IMG/VR virus record: IMGVR_UViG_3300045988_112275
Origin: a virus
DNA length: 38,847 nucleotides
Direction: 5' to 3' (one strand)
Below, piece by piece: positions 32,971 to 38,847 of this stretch. The position numbers and the translations under genes are program-made. The notes under the pieces were generated by a model. It saw nothing but the letters and a program-made list of their open reading frames with translations. It was not told the DNA's origin and ran no database searches. Positions within the stretch are counted from its first letter, which is position 1. Every line of letters begins with the position of its first letter.

Positions 32971-33120
32971 AAAGCCTGTCCTTCCATCCTCTTTTTGCAT
33001 TAGCAAAAATGTTATATTTTCAATCCGCGTCTTCCGGAGTTGCAGGAAGACCAAATACAGAGCATCCACTGTATCCGACAATTTGATTATAACATTTTTG
33101 GAGAGGATGTCAATTAAAAT

Positions 33121-33145
33121 CCCCGTCAAGATTGACTTGACGGGG
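33121..33145 (-). terminator. 10-bp perfect hairpin CCCCGTCAAG-attga-CTTGACGGGG, possible int terminator
   Basis: On the minus strand it is followed by ATTTTAATT. Confidence 0.4.
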
Positions 33146-33186
33146 TGAATATTGTATCATCCTATTATGTCTTATTTTAAAATTAC

Positions 33187-33391
33187 TAGTCACATATTAG
33201 TCACAAAAATGGGCTGAAAAGCCTATAAATACGTGACTGTTGTTATACTAGGTGTAAAAATCAGAGATGCCTGGAAATATGCGTAAATACACGAAAAGCC
33301 TTTATTTACGCTACTTTCCGGGCTTTTTTAATTTTGAATTGTTGTGACTTATCGTACAATATTTAGGGTCTATTAGTCACAAATAGTCACA
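33187..33391. other. Candidate attP region with repeated TAGTCACA arm-type sites
   Basis: TAGTCACA at 33187, 33198, 33374 and 33384. An inverted TGTGACT at 33343 and GTGACT at 33233. Adjacent to the int 3' end. Confidence 0.45.
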
Positions 33392-34563
33392 AAATCCGGT
33401 GTTGTTATCTTTTCGATTTCTGCGCGAAGATCGTCCAAAGACCTGTGACCATATACACTGTTGGTAATGTCGTTTCCAAACGAATGACCCATCATCCTCT
33501 TTCGGTCACTCTCCCGGACACCGTATTTTTCGCACAATGCCGAAAATGTATGCCGGCAGTCGTGCGGAGTATGAGGCGGATCACCTACCATATCGAAACT
33601 TTTCAATACAGGTGTAAAGTGCTTAGTCCTATAACAGTTCGTGGTGACCGGCAAGAGAGTTCCGTATTTCTTTATGCGGTATTTTACAAAAGAGAAAATG
33701 GAGGAATGGATTGGAACAATTCTGTCTTTTCCTGCAGAAGTTTTTACCCCGCCTTTGAAATATTGCTTTTCTAAATTGACTTCCATGTCTTTGTATGCAG
33801 AGATTCTGAATCCGGAGTAACACATGATTAAGATCATTTGCACATCTTCGTTGTCTTTGTTCTTCCAGAGTAAATTTAGCTCCTGATCGGAAAAAGGACG
33901 TCCACTTACATTATCATCCAGTCGATTGACGATGACATATTTTGCTTTATTTTCCGTGCATAGCTCATACATAATGGCATATTTATACATTTGCTTAAAA
34001 AGGCTGACCATAAAACGGATGCTGGAATATCCTAAACTGCAGTTATCGACAACTTTTTGTAAGTCTTCATGCTTGAGGGAAGCAAAAGGATAGCCATGTA
34101 ATTCTTTGCAATTATTAAAAGCACTGGTCATCGCTCTTTTGGAAGACAAGGAAAGTTCTTTTGTTTTGTTTTCTTCGTACTTCCAGCGATAGAATTTTTC
34201 ATACACTTCCGCAAAGGTCAGTTCCTTAACCTCTGGGTGCTTTTCCTCTACACCTTTAATGGTAGAGTAGTCCGCTATGATCCGCTGCACCAGTACGTCC
34301 GCATCTGATGTTTCTGCGATCTCCAGTTCCCGTTCCATTCCCGGTTTATACGTTCCGGCTTTATAGGCGGTCAGAACAGTAAAGCCTTTGATCCAGTCAT
34401 CCGTGTAGCAGATGGCAGGAGGGCGCTGTACGTGCCCCAGAGCATCGATAGTAGCGGGAGGGTGGACTGCATAACAGTTACGTCGGTCAGAACCCAAATA
34501 GCGGATAGTTCCGAAGCCAGAGGGCAATCTGGGGTATTTCTTTCGTGTTTTCTTTTTTGCCAT
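33373..34563 (-). CDS. int: Tyrosine integrase
   Basis: HDCRHTF...MMGHS...VYGH catalytic pattern. The ATG at 34563 follows TTAAGGAGG. Confidence 0.9.
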   Translation of the reverse strand: MAKKKTRKKYPRLPSGFGTIRYLGSDRRNCYAVHPPATIDALGHVQRPPAICYTDDWIKGFTVLTAYKAGTYKPGMERELEIAETSDADVLVQRIIADYSTIKGVEEKHPEVKELTFAEVYEKFYRWKYEENKTKELSLSSKRAMTSAFNNCKELHGYPFASLKHEDLQKVVDNCSLGYSSIRFMVSLFKQMYKYAIMYELCTENKAKYVIVNRLDDNVSGRPFSDQELNLLWKNKDNEDVQMILIMCYSGFRISAYKDMEVNLEKQYFKGGVKTSAGKDRIVPIHSSIFSFVKYRIKKYGTLLPVTTNCYRTKHFTPVLKSFDMVGDPPHTPHDCRHTFSALCEKYGVRESDRKRMMGHSFGNDITNSVYGHRSLDDLRAEIEKITTPDFVTICD

Positions 34564-34636
34564 AAAATCATCCTCCTTAAAAATGGGTATAAAAATAACA
34601 GCCAGCAGGAACATAGGTTCCGCTTGCGTGGCTGCC

Positions 34637-34684
34637 CCGAAGATGATACAATATTCTTTGCATATAGTTGTATTGCATCTTCGG
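34637..34684. other. Long hairpin: 15 bp with a 2-nt bulge and a 16-nt loop
   Basis: CCGAAGATGATACAA...TTGTAT(tg)CATCTTCGG. Confidence 0.6.
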
Positions 34685-34693
34685 ATGTATGAG

Positions 34694-34729
34694 CCGTCTC
34701 AGTGCTGGTAACACTGGGGCGGTTTTTTT
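34694..34729 (+). terminator. Plus-strand intrinsic terminator (11-bp stem + T7) with no plus-strand gene upstream
   Basis: CCGTCTCAGTG ctggtaa CACTGGGGCGG TTTTTTT. Confidence 0.6.
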
Positions 34730-35438
34730 AGCTGTTTTTGGTATGTGCTCCGGTAGGGTATAAATTAGGGGTTCGTATACCGTCTATATGTTCAAACAAA
34801 TCATCTTTTATAGGGGCACGCATGGGGTCTAAGATAAAATCAATTCCTTCCCTGCGCGCTTGCTTGGCAGCAGGAACAAAATCGCTATCACCAGAAATAA
34901 GGATTATTTGATTTACTTGGTGTTTGAACGCTAAAGAAGAAATATCAATTCCAATTCGCATATCAACACCTTTTTGCTCAAGGTTTAATTCTAAATCATC
35001 AATAGTAAGATCAGCAGGAAGTATATCCCCTCTTAATAGCTTTTTAGTGGGCTCGTGCTTGAGAGAATAATGTACTTGAGTATCACTAATCCGTCCCATG
35101 CGTAAAGCGAACTTTCTATGGTGTTTTAATTCTTTTAAAAACTCAGACATCCATGCATGATCAGGAGTTTTTTCTAAAGAAACAGTTTTTTGTGTAATTG
35201 GATTGTAAATATTTTTAGAAATAGGGGGACAATCGTAATAAAATATACGATATAAATATCTATTCTCATATTTATCCTGCAAATGTTTGTAGCAATAATC
35301 GTTTAATTCGTTTGCACGATCAATAGGAGATTTGTTACCCCATAACGATTTGGAACGTTTTCGATAAAAACCACCATCAACTAATATAGCAGTTTTTATC
35401 GGGTGCTTTACAAAATTTTTTCTGCTTTCGTTATTCAT
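34728..35438 (-). CDS. NYN-domain (LabA/DUF88-like) predicted ribonuclease
   Basis: AILVDGGFY near the N-terminus and IILISGDSDFVPAAKQARREG near the C-terminus. The ATG at 35438 follows GGAGGA. Confidence 0.8.
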   Translation of the reverse strand: MNNESRKNFVKHPIKTAILVDGGFYRKRSKSLWGNKSPIDRANELNDYCYKHLQDKYENRYLYRIFYYDCPPISKNIYNPITQKTVSLEKTPDHAWMSEFLKELKHHRKFALRMGRISDTQVHYSLKHEPTKKLLRGDILPADLTIDDLELNLEQKGVDMRIGIDISSLAFKHQVNQIILISGDSDFVPAAKQARREGIDFILDPMRAPIKDDLFEHIDGIRTPNLYPTGAHTKNS

Positions 35439-35453
35439 ATATTCCTCCGGAAA

Positions 35454-35510
35454 TAAAAAAACTCCTAGTTTTGTCGAATCCCTTATAGTGGGAAGACTAC
35501 CGCTAGGAGT
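35454..35510 (-). terminator. Terminator-like hairpin plus U7 in the leader of the NYN gene
   Basis: On the minus strand: ACTCCTAG, a 34-nt loop, CTAGGAGT, then TTTTTTT, ending 15 nt before the ATG. Confidence 0.5.
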
Positions 35511-35636
35511 ATGTTCATATACACATGATATATCAATTGTGGTATAAAAGTCAACCCTTTTTTGCAATTTTTAATTGTAATTTATAGTTTCCTCATTTTC
35601 TAATTTTGATGAGGAGTTTTGGTTATTGATTACAGG

Positions 35637-36206
35637 TTAGATTTCTAAATTAAAGGATGCAGTCTGTTTGGTATCAGTTCCGTCGTATTGACTTACATTA
35701 ATTTTGAAGTTTCCAGGGTTATCAACTCCGATGCAGGCCTGTCCCTGACAGCTTGCACCAACAGGTGTTTCCTGCGGATATAATGTGATATCGCCAGGAT
35801 AAGAGTATCCCATCTTTCCGGCACCGTCTACAATGCTATCCTCCATACTGAGGTAAAGGCCATCAGAATATTCTGATTCATACCCGAGGTTTTCGTATGT
35901 ATATGTAACGATATATACAGCTTGCGGCTGCTTGTCTGAAAACTCGTTTCTTTCCTGAACTTCTTCAACAGAATCAACAGTTAATTTCCATTGTCCTTCA
36001 ACAACCCAGGTTTCGCCTATTTTATATTCTTTCTGATTGGTAGAAGATGGGATTTTGGCAAGTGCTTCATCCAATTGCTTTTGCAGATCAGCAACCTGAG
36101 CTTCCAACTCTGCGATACGGTCGTCTTTTTCGTCTGCATATACAGGTGTAAAAGGGACTGCCAAAAGAGATGCGGTTAATAATACGGTAAAAAATTTCTT
36201 TTTCAT
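35637..36206 (-). CDS. Secreted protein (signal peptide, coiled coil, DUF4352-like beta domain)
   Basis: MKKKFFTVLLTASLLAVPFTPVYA|DE. SD AGGAGG. Confidence 0.8.
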   Translation of the reverse strand: MKKKFFTVLLTASLLAVPFTPVYADEKDDRIAELEAQVADLQKQLDEALAKIPSSTNQKEYKIGETWVVEGQWKLTVDSVEEVQERNEFSDKQPQAVYIVTYTYENLGYESEYSDGLYLSMEDSIVDGAGKMGYSYPGDITLYPQETPVGASCQGQACIGVDNPGNFKINVSQYDGTDTKQTASFNLEI

Positions 36207-36249
36207 AAAGATACCTCCTACTACAATATTTTTAAAACGCCAAAGCGAA

Positions 36250-36678
36250 TTAATTCAGTTTTAATTTAATCAATCTTTTATCATATCCGGTAACACGAGA
36301 TATCTGATCGATTGAATACCCCATTTCCTGATATTCGGAAAGCAGATCATCTGGCAGCAGCAACTCCATAGCAAACAGATCGGCTTCTCGCTCATATCTG
36401 GCTCCGTTGAGTTGCGTCCTGGTATCCATAAAGATTGCATTTGCTTTTTTATGCAAAAACATATGTCCAAGCTCATGAGCCAAAACAAACCTCTGCTCCG
36501 AATCCGACAATCGTTCATCCAGATAAATGATATTATTTCTTTGGAAATATTGATAAAAACCCCGCACGCCGTCCAATGGATAGTGTACCAGGATCACATT
36601 TAAGCCCCGGACGATCTCAAAAGGGTCACGGCTCTTAAACATACGGGCGATTTTGTTCGCCTGTTTTTTGACATCCAT
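36250..36678 (-). CDS. ImmA/IrrE-family zinc metallopeptidase
   Basis: HEXXH motif (AHELGHMFLH). Sits directly downstream of the repressor. Confidence 0.9.
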   Translation of the reverse strand: MDVKKQANKIARMFKSRDPFEIVRGLNVILVHYPLDGVRGFYQYFQRNNIIYLDERLSDSEQRFVLAHELGHMFLHKKANAIFMDTRTQLNGARYEREADLFAMELLLPDDLLSEYQEMGYSIDQISRVTGYDKRLIKLKLN

Positions 36679-36683
36679 ACGCG

Positions 36684-37097
36684 TCAGTCCTTCTTATATT
36701 TCTTGGGTGTGTATTTCTCCTTGTTCTTCTTCTTGGCCAGCTCCATACCGATCTGCATAGCGGAAAGGATAGAATCAATGGCTTCAGGACTGGCCGGATC
36801 TCCATCAAACATCAGCCCTTCTTGATTCATAAGCTGTTCTCTGGTTTGCTCCAGAATCTTTTCGATGTCTTTTTCGTCTTTGGGAGTCAATGATTTTTCG
36901 CTATTTTCTTCTCCAGTCATTAAATATGTCGTAGTAACACCTAAAAAATTAGAAATTTTTTCAAGCCTATCAGCAGGGAATACACCTTTTCTTAACTGAC
37001 TGATATAGCCATTAGAGAAACCAAGTTCCTTTTCTAATTTAGAAATAGGAATTTTTCTATTTTTACATATTTCTTTTACTCGCTCTACGCTGTTCAA
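36684..37097 (-). CDS. XRE/CI-type phage repressor
   Basis: HTH IPISKLEKELGFSNGYISQLRKG. TTG start 7 nt after AGGAGG. Divergent from the cro-like gene. Confidence 0.9.
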   Translation of the reverse strand: MNSVERVKEICKNRKIPISKLEKELGFSNGYISQLRKGVFPADRLEKISNFLGVTTTYLMTGEENSEKSLTPKDEKDIEKILEQTREQLMNQEGLMFDGDPASPEAIDSILSAMQIGMELAKKKNKEKYTPKKYKKD

Positions 37098-37112
37098 ATG
37101 GGCACCTCCTGA

Positions 37113-37274
37113 TTTAGAGAAAAACCTAAAAATGGTATTGACAAATTAGAGATAACCCTATATAATGACTTTAAGATTTAGAGAAAAGCCTAAATATAGA
37201 GAGATCCCAATATGTTTGTGGTAATTCATATTTTAGATTATTCTCTAATAAAAGTCAATACTTTTCTCTAAATC
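37113..37274. promoter_or_regulatory. Operator set of the genetic switch (TTTAGAGAAAAnCCTAAA family)
   Basis: Full sites at 37113-37130 and 37177-37194, a related site at 37146-37163, an inverted half-site at 37261-37274, and the dyad TTAGA-n6-TCTAA at 37233-37248. Confidence 0.6.
37138..37166 (+). promoter_or_regulatory. Perfect consensus early promoter TTGACA-17 nt-TATAAT
   Basis: Spacer counted as 37144-37160. It contains an operator-like site. Confidence 0.75.
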
Positions 37275-37285
37275 CAATAAGAATA

Positions 37286-37489
37286 GTGGAGGTGAAATGT
37301 ATAGTGATTTTAAAAAAAATTAGAGACTTATGCGACAAAAAAGGGATTACAGTATCAGAACTTGAAAGAGCGTGTGGAATTGGAAATGCAACTATTTCGC
37401 GATGGGATAAGTCTTTTCCAAGGGTAGATAAATTAAAAGCTGTAGCAGATTATCTACATGTATCCATTGAGGAACTTCTGGAAGAGTAG
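37286..37489 (+). CDS. Cro-like XRE HTH protein
   Basis: ILKKIRDLCDKKGITVSELERACGIGNATISRWDK. The start is ambiguous: GTG 37286 or GTG 37304. Confidence 0.8.
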   Translation: MEVKCIVILKKIRDLCDKKGITVSELERACGIGNATISRWDKSFPRVDKLKAVADYLHVSIEELLEE

Positions 37490-37501
37490 GAGGTGAGAGT
37501 G

Positions 37502-37660
37502 ATGAACGAACACTATAAAAATGCTAATGGAGGAGCTTATTCAGGAAAAGTAGAAACACGATCTACTGTAAAAAAGACCGTGTTTCAAGAGATTTTTCTT
37601 ATTTGCCTAATTGTAAGTGTACATTTCCACATTCTTTACAAACGTAAAGATCACAGATAA
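37502..37660 (+). CDS. 52-aa protein with a hydrophobic C-terminus (…FQEIFLICLIVSVHFHILYKRKDHR)
   Basis: AGGAGGTGA SD. Below the track cutoff. It overlaps the convergent gene by 62 nt. Confidence 0.5.
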   Translation: MNEHYKNANGGAYSGKVETRSTVKKTVFQEIFLICLIVSVHFHILYKRKDHR

Positions 37661-37787
37661 AACCATTATCTGCATAAATCACTCCAGTTTTGGTATCGGC
37701 AGATCCGATAAACATTTTATCGCCTTTTCGAGGGATAAATTTATCGAATGTCGTACTACCACAATATGGACATTTTAATGCTTGCAT
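37599..37787 (-). CDS. Zinc-ribbon protein (62 aa; CPYC...CKEC)
   Basis: The ATG at 37787 follows AAAGGAG. Confidence 0.65.
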   Translation of the reverse strand: MQALKCPYCGSTTFDKFIPRKGDKMFIGSADTKTGVIYADNGFICDLYVCKECGNVHLQLGK

Positions 37788-37897
37788 AATACTGCGCTCC
37801 TTTCTTTCGTACTCGGACATGGCAGTGTCCTGTATTTAAAGAATAGGAGCAAGCAAGCGAAAAGTCAATAGGATTCAGCAGAAAGAGAGGTGAAACC

Positions 37898-38233
37898 ATG
37901 ACAGCAGAGCAGTACATAGAAAGCGCAGTATCCGCTCACAGAGCTGCCCAGGAAGTGGCTCGCAATATTGCCGGAATTATCTATCCGGAGTTTTCCAGTG
38001 AGCCAATGACAGTCAAAGACGCTTCTGATCTTACCGGATTAACCCAGTCGGCTATTCGAGCCGGTATCCTGAATGGATGGCTTCCGATCGGCGTAGCCAT
38101 CCGGGATGGCAAACAGATCTCCGGAAAAGCCGGAGATCGGGCGAATTTTATCATATTTCCTCGCAAAGTCTGGGAGCTGACCGGACATGTGTGGAGAGGG
38201 AAGGAGAAATTAAAATGCTCAGAAAATCCATAA
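37898..38233 (+). CDS. HTH-containing early protein (possible excisionase or regulator)
   Basis: MTVKDASDLTGLTQSAIRAGILNGWLP resembles an Xis/MerR-type HTH. Confidence 0.65.
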   Translation: MTAEQYIESAVSAHRAAQEVARNIAGIIYPEFSSEPMTVKDASDLTGLTQSAIRAGILNGWLPIGVAIRDGKQISGKAGDRANFIIFPRKVWELTGHVWRGKEKLKCSENP

Positions 38234-38415
38234 CAGCGGCAGTGATCGCTGCATTTGAAATGATGATCACACTGGACCAGTGGGATGGAATACCGAAGAT
38301 TATAACGGCAGCAGTGGTCTTCTGGGGAGCAAACCTGTTCCTGCTGATCGGAATGGAGGGAGAGGATGCTGAAAGTATTCAGAGAGCTTCGAAAGCTCAG
38401 AAAAGAAAATGCTGA
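38215..38415 (+). CDS. Small membrane protein (66 aa)
   Basis: The ATG follows GAAGGAG. Two hydrophobic segments. Confidence 0.55.
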   Translation: MLRKSITAAVIAAFEMMITLDQWDGIPKIITAAVVFWGANLFLLIGMEGEDAESIQRASKAQKRKC

Positions 38416-38566
38416 CCTGCGCAAGGCAATGGAAGAAGCACTACGGGACCTGAATGATACGGAGCTTACCAATAAGAGCATCCGGATCATGTCCGCCAGT
38501 ATCCGGTTGGAGAGGGCATTAGAAAAGGATCCTGAAGAGCGGCCACTCAGGAGGATCCAAAAGTAA
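38366..38566 (+). CDS. Small coiled-coil protein (66 aa)
   Basis: The ATG follows GGAGGGAGAGG. It overlaps the upstream ORF by 50 nt. Confidence 0.5.
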   Translation: MLKVFRELRKLRKENADLRKAMEEALRDLNDTELTNKSIRIMSASIRLERALEKDPEERPLRRIQK

Positions 38567-38611
38567 TAGTTTATCACAGCCTTATTGTAAGGCAGATTGG
38601 GAGGAAAAGCA

Positions 38612-38847
38612 ATGAAAAAATATGAATTTACAGGCGAAACAAAACAGGTAGGTATTTTGGGAAATATAACACTTAAGAGAATTCGGGCAACAATGGAATT
38701 TGGATTTGTTAAAATTGGTGATCTTGGCGGTTGGATCGAGAAAGAAGAAAATCTTTCCCATGAGGGTAATGCATGGGTCTATGGTAATGCCGAGGTCTAT
38801 GGTAATGCCAAGGTCTGGGGTGATGCCAAGGTCTATGGTAATGCCAA
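38612..38847 (+). CDS. Hexapeptide-repeat protein, N-terminal part (continues at position 1 after the 50-nt overlap is removed)
   Basis: The ATG follows GGGAGGAAAAGCA. MKKYEFTGETKQVGILGNITLKRIRATMEFGFVKIGDLGGWIEKEENLSHEGNAWVYGNAEV... The TAT codon at 38798 is in the same frame as the TAT at position 1. Confidence 0.8.
   Translation, partial: MKKYEFTGETKQVGILGNITLKRIRATMEFGFVKIGDLGGWIEKEENLSHEGNAWVYGNAEVYGNAKVWGDAKVYGNA

Larger units (their letters stand above)
1..38847. mobile_element. Complete temperate tailed-phage genome (siphovirus-like organisation), circularly permuted in this window
   Basis: Lysogeny, replication, packaging, head, tail and lysis modules are all present. nt 1-50 equal nt 38798-38847 exactly, and one ORF is in frame across the junction. 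The integrase lies internally, so this is the phage form, not the integrated form. Confidence 0.8.

Noticed and set aside
33211-33372. tRNA or tmRNA fragment as the integration target copy
   Set aside because: No T-arm or acceptor-like sequence (GGTTCGAATCC type) or cloverleaf could be found by eye.
1-38847. Alternative genetic code or stop-codon reassignment as the explanation for broken genes
   Set aside because: All long structural genes are intact under the standard bacterial code. The broken genes (6158-6333, 6759-7363 and terL) need frame changes, not stop read-through.

Overview
The window is a complete temperate siphovirus-type phage genome of about 38.8 kb. GGAGG-type Shine-Dalgarno (SD) sites suggest a Bacillota host, but that is inference. 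The genome is circularly permuted. Bases 1-50 are identical to 38798-38847, and one gene, an 18-bp/hexapeptide repeat protein, runs in frame across that junction. Gene order:
- Cro-side early genes.
- A repeat protein.
- A candidate rolling-circle origin with an HUH Rep.
- A degenerate RNase HI-like protein.
- Large and small Cys-rich early proteins, including a Lar-like one.
- A sigma-region-4-like late regulator.
- TerS, TerL (frame broken just before Walker A), portal and a MuF protein carrying an extra C-terminal domain.
- An accessory island: promoter, structured RNA and terminator, a 34-aa TM peptide, a reverse wHTH-TM gene and a tandem DUF2829 protein.
- Scaffold, capsid, connectors, tail, chaperones, a Com-like zinc finger and the tape measure.
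- Tail tip and fibre genes.
- Holin, HicAB and endolysin.
- A two-gene moron with a consensus promoter.
- attP and integrase.
- A NYN gene, a secreted protein, ImmA and the repressor.

No rRNA, tRNA or CRISPR array was recognised. The best novelty candidates are:
- The promoter/operator-controlled pair of an unknown 133-aa protein and a 150-aa HTH protein next to attP (acr-aca-like or toxin-antitoxin-like).
- The Com-like protein plus an SD-sequestering hairpin in front of the tape measure gene.
- The tandem DUF2829 (Tad2-like) protein.
- The riboswitch-like RNA and small-peptide convergent pair.
- The NYN gene behind a leader terminator.

All family assignments come from motif recall, not database searches.
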